This document shows positions 21,234 to 31,418 of a DNA stretch of 64,000 nucleotides, in pieces. How positions within the stretch are numbered: the first letter of the stretch is position 1; each line of letters opens with the position of its first letter. The notes under the pieces were generated by a model, which had not been told where the DNA came from, ran no database searches, and saw only the letters and a program-made list of their open reading frames with translations. Both the position numbers and the translations under genes were made by a program. The stretch comes from an uncultured Marinosulfonomonas sp. (GTDB taxonomy: Bacteria; Pseudomonadota; Alphaproteobacteria; Rhodobacterales; Rhodobacteraceae): assembly GCA_964538015.1 (NCBI GenBank), contig CAZIDQ010000001.1:6330-70329 (forward strand), given 5' to 3'.

Positions 21234-22808
21234 TTAACTTTTTGATAACTGCATTGTTAAATAGTCATCAATCTGTGCAGCATCTTTGTCGGAAACTCGC
21301 AAACCCAGTTTCGTGCGTCGCCATAAAAAATCCTCGGCGCATTTTACCCATTCGCGGGACACGGCCCAATCCAGTTCGCGGGCAGTGATGCTATTGCCAA
21401 AATCCTCGCCCAGATCGGCAAGGCTGGTTGCGTCTTCGAATATATCGGTCGCTTCGGTGCCGTACTGGCGGACAAGCCGTTGAATGGTTTTGGCGTCAAA
21501 GAACGGCAGCTGTGATTGCAGCGCGTTCTTTAGGTTCTCGACGCCATTGACAGGGAAATCGCCGCCGGGCAAAGGAACCCTTGCGGTCCAGATTTTAGTG
21601 GTCGCGCCCAGTGTTTCGTCAATCATCTCAAGTGCGGATTCGGCCAGTCGCCGGTACGTTGTGATCTTGCCGCCAAACACGTTTAACACCGGCCCGCCGC
21701 CCGATGTGTTGATCCGCAGCACGTAATCCCGCGTGGCAGCAGTGGCTGAGCTGGCCCCGTCGTCATACAGCGGGCGGACGCCGGAATAGGTCCAGACGAT
21801 ATCGTCTTTGGTAATTTCCTGCTCAAAGTATTTGTTGGTGAACTTTAACAGGTATTCCTGTTCTTCAACGGTACAGGTCGGTTTTTCTGTCAGGTCGTTG
21901 TGTTCGGCATCAGTGGTGCCGATCAGGGTATAATCGCCCTCGTAAGGGATTGCGAAAACGATGCGCCCGTCCTGACCCTGAAAGAAATAGCATTTGTCGT
22001 GATCAAACAATTTTCTGGTTACAATGTGACTGCCACGAACCAGCCGCACACCTTCGTTTGTTTTTAGATGGACGGTGTTCTTGATGATATCCTCGACCCA
22101 CGGCCCACCAGCATTCACCAGCATTTTTGCGGCTATGGTTTTGGTTTCACCGGTGTCTGTCCGGATCGTAACGTGCCACAGATCGTCTTTGTGCTCGGCG
22201 GCGATAACCTTGCTGCGGACCATAATGGTGGCACCGCGGGCCTGTGCATCGCGGGCGTTCAGCAGCACAAGGCGGGCGTCTTCGACCCAGCAATCGGAAT
22301 ATTCAAACGCCTTTTGCAGATACTTTTTCAGCGGTTTGCCCAGTTCGGAATTGCGCAGGTCAACCGTGCTGGTGCCCGGCAAAAATTTCCGCCCCCCCAA
22401 CGTGTCATACAAAAACAGACCAAACCGGATCAGCCACGCTGGACGCTTGCCTTTTAACCACGGCATAAAAAACGTCAGCAGGCGCGATGTGGGTGTTTCA
22501 GAATCAAAGCGCATGTCTTTGTGATAAGGCAGCACAAAGCGCATCGGCCAACTAATATGCGGCATTGCTGTCAACAGGATTTCGCGTTCAATCAGTGCCT
22601 CGCGTACCAGACGGAATTCAAAATACTCCAGATAGCGCAGACCACCGTGAAACAGCTTGGTCGAGGCCGAAGAAGTGGCCGAGGCAAGGTCATTCATTTC
22701 GGCAACGGTTACCGAATAGCCGCGACCAACCGCGTCACGGGCAATACCGCAACCGTTGATGCCACCACCAATGACGAACAGGTCAACCGGATCAGTTTGC
22801 GTGCTCAT
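21234..22808 (-). CDS. glpD: Aerobic glycerol-3-phosphate dehydrogenase
   Basis: GGGING FAD motif, SSASTKLFHGGLRYLE, SGVRPL and GGKITTYR. Confidence 0.95.
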   Translation of the reverse strand: MSTQTDPVDLFVIGGGINGCGIARDAVGRGYSVTVAEMNDLASATSSASTKLFHGGLRYLEYFEFRLVREALIEREILLTAMPHISWPMRFVLPYHKDMRFDSETPTSRLLTFFMPWLKGKRPAWLIRFGLFLYDTLGGRKFLPGTSTVDLRNSELGKPLKKYLQKAFEYSDCWVEDARLVLLNARDAQARGATIMVRSKVIAAEHKDDLWHVTIRTDTGETKTIAAKMLVNAGGPWVEDIIKNTVHLKTNEGVRLVRGSHIVTRKLFDHDKCYFFQGQDGRIVFAIPYEGDYTLIGTTDAEHNDLTEKPTCTVEEQEYLLKFTNKYFEQEITKDDIVWTYSGVRPLYDDGASSATAATRDYVLRINTSGGGPVLNVFGGKITTYRRLAESALEMIDETLGATTKIWTARVPLPGGDFPVNGVENLKNALQSQLPFFDAKTIQRLVRQYGTEATDIFEDATSLADLGEDFGNSITARELDWAVSREWVKCAEDFLWRRTKLGLRVSDKDAAQIDDYLTMQLSKS

Positions 22809-23574
22809 TCGAGCCTCCTGCGATGATAATATTTGTGTTTGTGCGTTCGGCGATTGTCAGAAACTCGGGCGGCGGAGATGAGCCCAGAATGACGTGATCC
22901 AGCTCGCCGATATTGCAGATCCGGTAGGGCGCCGAGACCTGAAACTTCGAGGTATCCGCCACCAGAATTTTCTGCCGCGCGTTTGCCAGTATGGCCTTGG
23001 CAACCGCAACTTCGCGTTTGTCAAAATCCAGCACCGAACCGTCAAAATCCAGTGCGGATGTTCCGACAATGGCGTAATCTACCTTGTAGTTTCCGATTGC
23101 CTGAACCGCATCTTCGCCCACGATGGCCCCGTCCGAAAGCCGCACTTCGCCGCCAATCATAATCAGTGATTTCAACCGCGTGTCGCGCAGGATGTGGATG
23201 ATGTTGATGTTGTTTGACACCACCATCAGATCTTTGTGCAGGCGCAGGGCCTCGGCAACACGTTCGGTGGTTGTGCCGATGTTGATGGCTACCGATGCCC
23301 CGTCCGGAATCAGCCGGGCGGCCGCATTTGCAACCGATTGTTTGTCGGTGATGTTGTTCAGACGACGCTCTTCATAGGCGCGCACTGTGGTTGACAAGGC
23401 GCGGCGTGCGCCCCCGTGCATCCGCAAAACCAACCCGCGATCACACAGGTCGCTTAGATCGCGCCGCACGGTCTGGGTGGTGACGCCCAATTGCCTGGAC
23501 AGGGCTTCGACCTCGACCTGATCGGCGGATTTCAGGGCGGTTAGAATGGCGTTCTGACGGTCGTTCAGGGGCAT
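22792..23574 (-). CDS. glpR: DeoR/GlpR family transcriptional repressor
   Basis: HTH with VTTQTVRRDL, RMHGGA and NIGTTTE; overlaps the glpD start. Confidence 0.9.
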   Translation of the reverse strand: MPLNDRQNAILTALKSADQVEVEALSRQLGVTTQTVRRDLSDLCDRGLVLRMHGGARRALSTTVRAYEERRLNNITDKQSVANAAARLIPDGASVAINIGTTTERVAEALRLHKDLMVVSNNINIIHILRDTRLKSLIMIGGEVRLSDGAIVGEDAVQAIGNYKVDYAIVGTSALDFDGSVLDFDKREVAVAKAILANARQKILVADTSKFQVSAPYRICNIGELDHVILGSSPPPEFLTIAERTNTNIIIAGGSNEHAN

Positions 23575-23591
23575 TGTGGTGCTTTCGGCTT

Positions 23592-23744
23592 GATGCTCGT
23601 ATGAATAATAAGATGTTCATATGAGTTTGTACAGCGCTTGGGGCCTGATAATTTGGTGCTGGAATAGCAAGTAGCAGCCCGTAATGGTGCCTAATTTGGC
23701 TACTATTAAATTAGTTGACACAGTTAGCCATTCATACGAACATC
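23592..23744. promoter_or_regulatory. Three candidate GlpR operators (GATGYTCRTATGART) and a TTGACA -35 box in the divergent glpR/glpV intergenic region
   Basis: gatgctcgtatgaat at 23592, gatgttcatatgagt at 23612, and reverse copy attcatacgaacatc at 23730-23744 just downstream of TTGACA (23715-23720); resembles the ATGTTCG half-site of E. coli GlpR. Confidence 0.65.
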
Positions 23745-23792
23745 AATTTACCAGATTCTTCTGGAATAAAAAAACATTTGGGAGGAAACAAG

Positions 23793-25529
23793 ATGCGCAA
23801 GTATCTTATGGCCGCTGTGGCGGCATCTGCTTTAATGGCAGGAACAACTTCGACATATGCGGATATGGTTGCGGCTGAACGCTGGGTAGACAGCGAATTC
23901 CAACCAGCCGCGATCAGCCGTGATGACCAGCTGGCCGAAATGAAATGGTTTGTCGAGGCATCAGCCCCCTATTCGGGGATGGAAATCAATGTGTTGTCGG
24001 AAGGCATCCCCACGCATTCTTACGAATCCGAAGTGCTTGCAAAGGCCTTTGAGGAAATCACCGGCATCAAGGTGAACCACCAGATTCTGGGTGAAGGCGA
24101 GGTCGTGCAGGCTGTGCAAACACAGATGCAAACCAACCGGAACCTGTATGATGCCTATGTAAATGACAGCGATCTGATCGGTACGCATTCGCGTCTGCAA
24201 CTGGCCTATAACCTGACGGATTTCATGGCTGGCGATGGTGCGGCGGTGACAAACCCGGGGCTGGATCTGGAAGACTTTATGGGTATCCAGTTCACAACCG
24301 GCCCCGATGGCGATCTATACCAGATGCCGGATCAGCAGTTTGCCAACCTTTACTGGTTCCGCAAAGACTGGTTCGATCGCGAAGATTTGCAAACGGCCTT
24401 CAAGGCGAAATACGGCTATGATCTGGGCGTGCCGGTCAACTGGTCAGCCTATGAGGATATCGCCGAGTTCTTCTCGAATGATGTGAAAGAAGTCGACGGT
24501 GTGCGCATTTACGGCCACATGGATTACGGCAAACGCGCGCCTGACCTTGGGTGGCGTATGACCGATGCGTGGTTGTCGATGGCTGGTGCGGGATCAATTG
24601 GCGAACCGAACGGTATTCCGATTGACGAATGGGGTATTCGCATGGAGGCGGGCACCTGTAATCCTGTTGGATCATCTGTCACCCGTGGTGGTGCTGCAAA
24701 CGGTCCGGCAGCTGTTTACGCGATCCGCAAATGGGACGAATGGCTACGGGCCTATGCACCCCCCGGTGCGGCATCGTTTGATTTCTACCAGTCGTTGCCG
24801 GCGCTTAGCCAAGGTAACGTGGCGCAACAGATTTTCTGGTATACAGCGTTCACCGCAGACATGGTGAAACCGCAGTCCGAAGGCAACAACACAGTTGACG
24901 CCGATGGTATGCCGCTGTGGCGTATGGCGCCATCTCCGCATGGTCCTTACTGGCAGGAAGGCCAGAAAGTTGGCTATCAGGATGTGGGGTCCTGGACGAT
25001 CCTGAAATCTACACCACTGGATCGGGCACAAGCGGCCTGGCTATATGCACAGTTCGTTGTTTCCAAAACTGTGGACGTCAAGAAATCGCATGTTGGCCTG
25101 ACCTTTATTCGCAACAGTACGGTAAACCACGAATCCTTTACCGAACGCGCACCGCGTCTGGGTGGGCTGGTTGAATTCTATCGTTCGCCTGACCGCGTTG
25201 CATGGTCGCCCACCGGTATTAACGTTCCGGATTACCCAAAGCTGGCGCAAATCTGGTGGCAGCAAATCGGTGATGTGAATTCGGGTGCCTTTACCCCGCA
25301 ACAGGCGATGGACCGTCTGGCCGAGGAAATGGACATCACCATGGCGCGTATGCAGGTTGTGGACGAGGCAGCCAATGTTTACGGTGGCTGTGGTCCGCGC
25401 CTGAACGAGGAAAAGACCGCCGAATACTGGTACGAAAACGGCGGTGCAAAACCACCGCTGGAGAACGAGAAACCACAGGGTCAGACCGTCAACTATGATG
25501 ATCTGGTTGCCCGCTGGTCCTCTAACTAA
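23793..25529 (+). CDS. glpV: Glycerol ABC transporter substrate-binding protein (GlpV-like)
   Basis: Signal peptide; PDQQFANLYWFR, GHMDYGK and PTGINVPDYPKLA; GGAGG RBS; next to glpD/glpR. Confidence 0.85.
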   Translation: MRKYLMAAVAASALMAGTTSTYADMVAAERWVDSEFQPAAISRDDQLAEMKWFVEASAPYSGMEINVLSEGIPTHSYESEVLAKAFEEITGIKVNHQILGEGEVVQAVQTQMQTNRNLYDAYVNDSDLIGTHSRLQLAYNLTDFMAGDGAAVTNPGLDLEDFMGIQFTTGPDGDLYQMPDQQFANLYWFRKDWFDREDLQTAFKAKYGYDLGVPVNWSAYEDIAEFFSNDVKEVDGVRIYGHMDYGKRAPDLGWRMTDAWLSMAGAGSIGEPNGIPIDEWGIRMEAGTCNPVGSSVTRGGAANGPAAVYAIRKWDEWLRAYAPPGAASFDFYQSLPALSQGNVAQQIFWYTAFTADMVKPQSEGNNTVDADGMPLWRMAPSPHGPYWQEGQKVGYQDVGSWTILKSTPLDRAQAAWLYAQFVVSKTVDVKKSHVGLTFIRNSTVNHESFTERAPRLGGLVEFYRSPDRVAWSPTGINVPDYPKLAQIWWQQIGDVNSGAFTPQQAMDRLAEEMDITMARMQVVDEAANVYGGCGPRLNEEKTAEYWYENGGAKPPLENEKPQGQTVNYDDLVARWSSN

Positions 25530-25659
25530 TTGATCTCTCTGTCTGGGCTGCTTTGTTGGTGGCCCGGATATGGCTGGGGCCTTGTTGGCTCCAGCCACCT
25601 TGTGAAAACGTCTTTTCAGGCACCACGACAATTACCTACCCTTGGGGGAGACGTGTCAT

Positions 25660-26721
25660 ATGACACTCGAATTACACGACATTACCAAAACAGTTGAGGG
25701 GCGCGTTCATATCAAGCCAACATCCCTGACGCTGAAAACGGGGCACTTCAATGTCCTGCTGGGGGAAACCGGGGCTGGCAAAACATCACTGATCAAAATG
25801 ATGGCCGGTCTTGATCCGGTTGCTTCGGGGCGGATCGTTATGGATGGTGTCGATATTACCAAACTCAGCACCCAGAAACGCAATATCAGTCTGGTGCACC
25901 AGTTTTTTGTCAATTATCCGCATATGACGGTTTACGACAATATCGCTTCGCCATTGCGGGTTGCAGGTATGGCGAAATCCGAAATTCAGGGCCGTGTGGA
26001 AGAGGCCGCAGATATTCTGCAACTGCGTCCGATGCTGAAACGCCGCCCGCATGAATTATCTGGCGGGCAGCAGCAGCGCACCGCCCTTGCCCGTGCAATC
26101 GCCAAGGAAAGCAACGCGGTTTTTCTGGACGAGCCACTGGCGAACCTTGACTACAAGCTGCGCGAGGAATTGCGCGAACAGTTGCCCGAGCTGTTTGCAG
26201 GCCGCGGTGCGGTGGTGGTTTATGCCACGTCCGAACCGGAAGAGGCCCTGTTGCTGGGCGGTGAAACCGCTTTGATGCAGGACGGTCGGGTAACCCAGTT
26301 TGGCGGCACCGCCGGTATTTATCGCCATCCTGAAAACCTGATGGCCGCCGAGGTTTTTTCCAATCCGCCAATCAATCAGGCAAACGTCATTAAAACCGGA
26401 ACGCGGGTGCAGATGGGGGATATCGGGTGGGATTTATCCGGTTCGGCGGCTGGGCTGTCAGACGGGGAATATACCGTCGCCATACGTCCGAATTACATTC
26501 TGCCTTACAAAACCGAAACCGCGCATGTGCCGCTGGTTGGCCGCGTGATGGTGACCGAGCTTAGTGGCTCGGAAAGCAGCGCGCATTTTCAGTTTGCGGG
26601 CCAAAGCTGGGTTTCGCTGGCACATGGTGTGCACCCTTACACCATCGGCAATGACCACACATTTTACCTAACCCCGTCCGAGTGTCTGTATTTCACACCT
26701 GACGGCAAGATTGCACAGTAG
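25660..26721 (+). CDS. glpS: Glycerol ABC transporter ATP-binding protein (GlpS-like)
   Basis: GETGAGKT, LSGGQQQR, DEPLANLDYKLRE. Confidence 0.85.
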   Translation: MTLELHDITKTVEGRVHIKPTSLTLKTGHFNVLLGETGAGKTSLIKMMAGLDPVASGRIVMDGVDITKLSTQKRNISLVHQFFVNYPHMTVYDNIASPLRVAGMAKSEIQGRVEEAADILQLRPMLKRRPHELSGGQQQRTALARAIAKESNAVFLDEPLANLDYKLREELREQLPELFAGRGAVVVYATSEPEEALLLGGETALMQDGRVTQFGGTAGIYRHPENLMAAEVFSNPPINQANVIKTGTRVQMGDIGWDLSGSAAGLSDGEYTVAIRPNYILPYKTETAHVPLVGRVMVTELSGSESSAHFQFAGQSWVSLAHGVHPYTIGNDHTFYLTPSECLYFTPDGKIAQ

Positions 26722-26730
26722 GAGCGCACA

Positions 26731-27816
26731 ATGGCGAAAATCACATTGTCCAAGCTGCGCCACAGCTATTATCCGGACCCGCAAGGGCCGGACGACTATG
26801 CGCTAAAGGAAATTGATCTGGACTGGCAAGATGGCGGCGCCTATGCGCTGCTGGGTCCGTCCGGCTGCGGTAAATCTACCCTGCTGAACATCATTTCTGG
26901 ATTGCTGGTTCCATCCGAAGGACGTGTTCTGTTTGATGATCAGGACGTCACCCACCTGACGCCGGACCAGCGCAACATTGCGCAGGTTTTCCAGTTTCCG
27001 GTGATCTATGACACAATGACGGTTTACAAAAACCTTGCCTTTCCATTGCGTAATCGCGGGGTAGACGCGGCCACCATTGACCGCCGCGTGCGCGAAATTG
27101 CCGAAATGCTTGAAGCAACCGATCTACTGGATCAACGCGCCGCCGGCCTTAGCCCTGACAACAAGCAGAAAATTTCGATGGGGCGGGGTTTGGTGCGGGA
27201 CGATGTGAATGTCGTGATGTTCGATGAACCGCTGACCGTGATTGACCCGCATCTGAAATGGAAACTGCGCAGCAAGCTGAAAGAGCTGCATCAGCGGGTC
27301 GGGGCAACGATGATCTACGTCACCCATGACCAGACCGAGGCACTGACCTTTGCCGATCAGGTGGTGGTGATGGACCAAGGCGAGATCGTCCAGATTGGTA
27401 CACCGGTTGAACTGTTTGAACGCCCGGCACACACCTTTGTCGGCCACTTTATCGGCTCGCCGGGGATGAATGTTTTACCGTGTGAATTGCAAGGGGGAAT
27501 GGCGTTGTTCAACGGCGTGAAAATCCCGCTGGAGGGTCCGGTGATTGGCACCCCGACCGGCAAACTGGAGATCGGTATCCGGCCGGAATTTATTACAATT
27601 GGTGACACCGGCATACCGGCCCGTGTACGCAAAGTGGCCGATATCGGTCGCCACAGTGTGGTTCATGTGATGGTGGGCGCGCAAAAGATCGCAATCGTTG
27701 TGAATGGTCCCGCACCAGCGCAAGGCGATGAGATCCACCTCAGCTTTGATCCGCAGCAGACCCGACTATACGCGGATGGATGGCTGGCAACCGGCACCAA
27801 GGAGGTGGCGAAATGA
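26731..27816 (+). CDS. glpT: Glycerol ABC transporter ATP-binding protein (GlpT-like)
   Basis: GPSGCGKS, degenerate signature LSPDNKQK, DEPLTVIDPHLKW. Confidence 0.85.
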   Translation: MAKITLSKLRHSYYPDPQGPDDYALKEIDLDWQDGGAYALLGPSGCGKSTLLNIISGLLVPSEGRVLFDDQDVTHLTPDQRNIAQVFQFPVIYDTMTVYKNLAFPLRNRGVDAATIDRRVREIAEMLEATDLLDQRAAGLSPDNKQKISMGRGLVRDDVNVVMFDEPLTVIDPHLKWKLRSKLKELHQRVGATMIYVTHDQTEALTFADQVVVMDQGEIVQIGTPVELFERPAHTFVGHFIGSPGMNVLPCELQGGMALFNGVKIPLEGPVIGTPTGKLEIGIRPEFITIGDTGIPARVRKVADIGRHSVVHVMVGAQKIAIVVNGPAPAQGDEIHLSFDPQQTRLYADGWLATGTKEVAK

Positions 27817-28676
27817 AAACCGAAAATCAAAAGGCGTGGTTCTTTGTGCTGCCGGTTCTGCTGTTGGTGGCATTTAACGCGCTGATCCCGATTATGACGG
27901 TTGTGAATTATTCGGTGCAGGAAACCTTTGGCAATAATATTTTCTTCTGGCAGGGGCTGGACTGGTTTGAGCAAATCCTGCGATCAGACCGCTTTCACGC
28001 CGCCCTTGGCCGCCAGTTTCTGTTCACCGGGCTGATACTGGCAATCGAGGTCCCGTTGGGTATTATCATTGCCCTGTCGATGCCGCGAAAAGGGTTCTGG
28101 GTGCCGGTCTGTCTGGTCACCATGTCGCTGCCGATGCTGATCCCGTACAATGTTGTCGGGGCTATGTGGAACATCTTTACCCTGCCCGATATCGGCCTGT
28201 TGGGGTATTTCATGAACCATGTGCTGGGCATCCATTATGACATGACCCAAGACCCGGTTGCAGCATGGTTCACCATTGTCACAATGGACGTGTGGCACTG
28301 GACATCACTGGTGGTTCTGCTGGCCTATGCTGGTTTGGTTTCCATACCGGACGCGTATTATCAAGCTGCTAAAATCGATGGTGCTTCGAACTGGTCGGTG
28401 TTTCGGTTTATCCAGTTGCCAAAGATGAAAAATGTCCTGACCATCGCCATTCTGCTGCGGTTCATGGACAGTTTTAACATCTACACCGAACCCTTCGTTC
28501 TGACGGGTGGCGGGCCGGGCAATTCAACGACGCTGTTATCGATTGATCTGGTGAAAATCGCGCTGGGCCAGTTTGATCTGGGGCCGGCAGCGGCGATGTC
28601 GCTTATCTATTTTGCAATCACTCTTTTGGTCAGTTGGCTGTTCTACACGCTAATGACCAAAGACGACCTGAACTAG
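27813..28676 (+). CDS. glpP: Glycerol ABC transporter permease (GlpP-like)
   Basis: CUT1-type permease; MDVWHWT and YQAAKIDGAS (EAA loop). Confidence 0.85.
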   Translation: MKTENQKAWFFVLPVLLLVAFNALIPIMTVVNYSVQETFGNNIFFWQGLDWFEQILRSDRFHAALGRQFLFTGLILAIEVPLGIIIALSMPRKGFWVPVCLVTMSLPMLIPYNVVGAMWNIFTLPDIGLLGYFMNHVLGIHYDMTQDPVAAWFTIVTMDVWHWTSLVVLLAYAGLVSIPDAYYQAAKIDGASNWSVFRFIQLPKMKNVLTIAILLRFMDSFNIYTEPFVLTGGGPGNSTTLLSIDLVKIALGQFDLGPAAAMSLIYFAITLLVSWLFYTLMTKDDLN

Positions 28677-28688
28677 GGGGCGGGATCC

Positions 28689-29486
28689 ATGCAAAAACGC
28701 TTTATCATTCCGATTGTTTACATCCTGTTCCTGCTGCTGCCAATTTATTGGCTGGTCACAATGAGCTTTAAATCGACCAATGAAATTCTGGCGGGGTTCT
28801 CGCTGTTTCCACAGACATTTACACTTGAGGCCTATCGCACGATCTTCACCGATCCGACGTGGTACTGGGGCTATATCAATTCGATTATCTATGTGTCCCT
28901 GAACACGGTAATTTCAATAACGGTTGCCCTGCCCGCCGCCTATGCCTTTTCGCGGTATCGGTTTTTAGGGGATAAAACCCTGTTCTTCTGGTTGTTGACG
29001 AACCGCATGGCCCCGGCCGCCGTTTTTGCGTTGCCGTTCTTTCAATTGTATTCGGCGGTGGGAATTTTTGACACCCATATCGCGGTGGCGCTGGCGCATT
29101 GCCTGTTCAACATCCCGCTTTCGGTCTGGATTCTGGAAGGGTTCATGGGCGGCGTCCCGAAAGAGCTGGATGAAACGGCCTATGTCGATGGCTATTCCTT
29201 TCCGCGGTTCTTTTTGACAATTTTCCTGCCGTCGATCAAAGCCGGTGTCGGGGTCGCGGCGTTCTTTTGTTTTATGTTCAGCTGGGTTGAATTGTTACTG
29301 GCAAAAACACTGACGGCCGTTGCGGCCAAACCGATTGCCGCGACGATGACCAAAACAGCATCAAGCGCGGGGTATGAACTGGGTCTGCTGGCGGCCGCCG
29401 GAACCCTGACCATCATTCCTGGCGCTATCGTAATTTACTTTGTGCGCAATTACATCGCGAAGGGTTTCGCGATGGGGAGGGTATAA
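28689..29486 (+). CDS. Glycerol ABC transporter permease (GlpQ-like)
   Basis: Permease with LDETAYVDG EAA loop and C-terminal KGFAMGRV. Confidence 0.85.
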   Translation: MQKRFIIPIVYILFLLLPIYWLVTMSFKSTNEILAGFSLFPQTFTLEAYRTIFTDPTWYWGYINSIIYVSLNTVISITVALPAAYAFSRYRFLGDKTLFFWLLTNRMAPAAVFALPFFQLYSAVGIFDTHIAVALAHCLFNIPLSVWILEGFMGGVPKELDETAYVDGYSFPRFFLTIFLPSIKAGVGVAAFFCFMFSWVELLLAKTLTAVAAKPIAATMTKTASSAGYELGLLAAAGTLTIIPGAIVIYFVRNYIAKGFAMGRV

Positions 29487-29764
29487 TGCTGACTTGGATG
29501 GCGTGGACCTGGCCGACTGGGCTGTTTTTTGCCGGTCTGTTTTTGGCTATGGCAATCATCACCACAATCGAAATCCGCAAACCCGGAACCAGCCAACGCA
29601 AAGGGGTTCTGGGGCTGACAACAACCCGTGGTGACCGCCTGTTCCTAAGCCTGCTGGGCAGCGCATATATATTTCTTGTCTGGCTGGGGCTGTTTGGCAC
29701 ACCTTTGTGGATCCCGCTTGGGCTGGCTTTGGCGTGGGGCGTGTTTACGTTTATGAAAGTATAG
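29486..29764 (+). CDS. Small membrane subunit of the glycerol transporter (DUF2160/GlpU-like)
   Basis: WMAWTWPT and TTRGDRLFLSLL motifs. Confidence 0.8.
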   Translation: MLTWMAWTWPTGLFFAGLFLAMAIITTIEIRKPGTSQRKGVLGLTTTRGDRLFLSLLGSAYIFLVWLGLFGTPLWIPLGLALAWGVFTFMKV

Positions 29765-29782
29765 GTTGCAGAGAGAGCCTGC

Positions 29783-30886
29783 TTAGTCACTGCTGTTTAT
29801 TTGGTTCAAACGCTCCAGGTTAACAACCGTGCTGATCATAATTCGGTCATAGCTCCAGCTTTGGGATTGTTGCATTGCTGCAATACCCATATGCAAGACA
29901 ACAAACATCATCATGACAAGGCCGTTAACAAAGGTGCTACTGGGGCGGTCACCTTCTCCGTTTGCAATAACAAGAATTCGTTCGGCCAGACCACTTTTGA
30001 TCGAGCGAGAAAATAGTTTGTTGCGCCCAACCAATGGAACCGAAAATGCATACACTGCCCTTGTGGGCTGTTTCACAAAAGCCATTTCAGCAACTTTAAC
30101 AAGGCCACATGCATAGGTTCGTGGAGCGCAGTTGGATTTCTGTAGATATGCGAAATCGCAGGCAAATTCCCGAAGGCTGCGAATTTTCCTTGTTAGGTAC
30201 CAAAAGGCCGGGTTCAGAACAAACAGTGGTGACATTGCGGTTGTCAGGATTTCGCAATTAATATCCCGCTGGCGAATATGCTGTAGTTCATGGCCAATCG
30301 AGATTTTCAGGAGTTTCTGTTTCACAAGCAGCGATTGCGGCAAGACAACGTAAAACCTGAAAAAACTACGTGTTGAAAACGGCACATTGATTTCATCTGA
30401 TATCACAATACGAACACGTTGAATGCTTCTGATCGATATACTGCGCCGGACTATTTGTTGCACATGAAACAAGCTGAATAATATGTAACCTACCCTTGCT
30501 AGGGCGGCCGCAAGAAAAACCATTGCAACACCCAATAGCGCAAAACTGGATCCGTCTGTCACAGTTTCGACCACCCTTTTGCGAAAGGTCAAAAGGCTGT
30601 CAAATTCAGTTGCTGCCATCGAAATATTCCCTTTCAGATATTGCGAAACGAGCAAGTCTGAAAAATTTGGGAATTGAAGCCCAATAGCGCCGTTCAGGGT
30701 TTGCAGAATTATCGGAACCAGCATCAATATATATACCGAAGCCATAACTAAACGAAGGCGGATTTTGTAAGACCGTGCATATCCGGCAAAGCTTAGGGCC
30801 CGTTCGGAAATTGAAACAGCAATAGCTGCAACGATAATTGCAACATTTGCATCAAACAATAAGTTGACCAAACTATCAGGGCGCAT
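29783..30886 (-). CDS. M56 family (BlaR1/MecR1-like) membrane metallopeptidase without penicillin-binding sensor domain
   Basis: TM segments, HELQHIRQRD (HExxH), NP, REFACD and LAERI; overlaps the blaI-like gene by 11 nt. Confidence 0.85.
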   Translation of the reverse strand: MRPDSLVNLLFDANVAIIVAAIAVSISERALSFAGYARSYKIRLRLVMASVYILMLVPIILQTLNGAIGLQFPNFSDLLVSQYLKGNISMAATEFDSLLTFRKRVVETVTDGSSFALLGVAMVFLAAALARVGYILFSLFHVQQIVRRSISIRSIQRVRIVISDEINVPFSTRSFFRFYVVLPQSLLVKQKLLKISIGHELQHIRQRDINCEILTTAMSPLFVLNPAFWYLTRKIRSLREFACDFAYLQKSNCAPRTYACGLVKVAEMAFVKQPTRAVYAFSVPLVGRNKLFSRSIKSGLAERILVIANGEGDRPSSTFVNGLVMMMFVVLHMGIAAMQQSQSWSYDRIMISTVVNLERLNQINSSD

Positions 30887-31268
30887 CACGACCCATCCTT
30901 TCGTCAATAATCCTTCTGATATCCGCTATCATTTCTTCGCTTAAATCCTCGTCCTCGATTAGGCGAGCGACAAGCGCGGAAGGTGTGCCGCCGAACATTG
31001 AATTGGACATTTCGCGCAGGAATTTTCGTTCATAATCAGATTTGGATAATGCGGGGCGGTAGACAAGTGTCCGGTCGTCTTTTTGGGAAGTCACATATCC
31101 TTTGCCATCCAGAACCTTAAGAATTGTTGCGACCGAAGTATACGCGCGAGGGGGTTCTTTCGAAAGCGAATTGAAAACGTCTCTTACGGTGCCTTCACCG
31201 ATCAGCCAAAGGGTTTTCATAAATTCAAGTTCCACTTCAGTAAGGAACTCGCTTTTGCGCCGCACCAT
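30876..31268 (-). CDS. BlaI/MecI/CopY family transcriptional repressor
   Basis: LTEVELEFMKTLW, AYTSVATILKVLDGKGYV, YRP and MFGG motifs. Confidence 0.9.
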   Translation of the reverse strand: MVRRKSEFLTEVELEFMKTLWLIGEGTVRDVFNSLSKEPPRAYTSVATILKVLDGKGYVTSQKDDRTLVYRPALSKSDYERKFLREMSNSMFGGTPSALVARLIEDEDLSEEMIADIRRIIDERMGRDAP

Positions 31269-31418
31269 ATTTTGTTTTCCGTATTTAATTGCTATTTGGT
31301 TATTGTAATCGAATTGGGGAATGCATCGCAAGCTTTCGAGAGGACCAAAGCCATAGGAATGCAAGGAAACCATTTTGGCAATCAGTGGAGCACTGAATGT
31401 TTGCTTGCAATAGGAGGC

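Noticed and set aside
31269-31418. BlaI-type TACA-NN-TGTA operator upstream of the repressor
   Set aside because: Only one TACA half-site is visible; no convincing palindrome.
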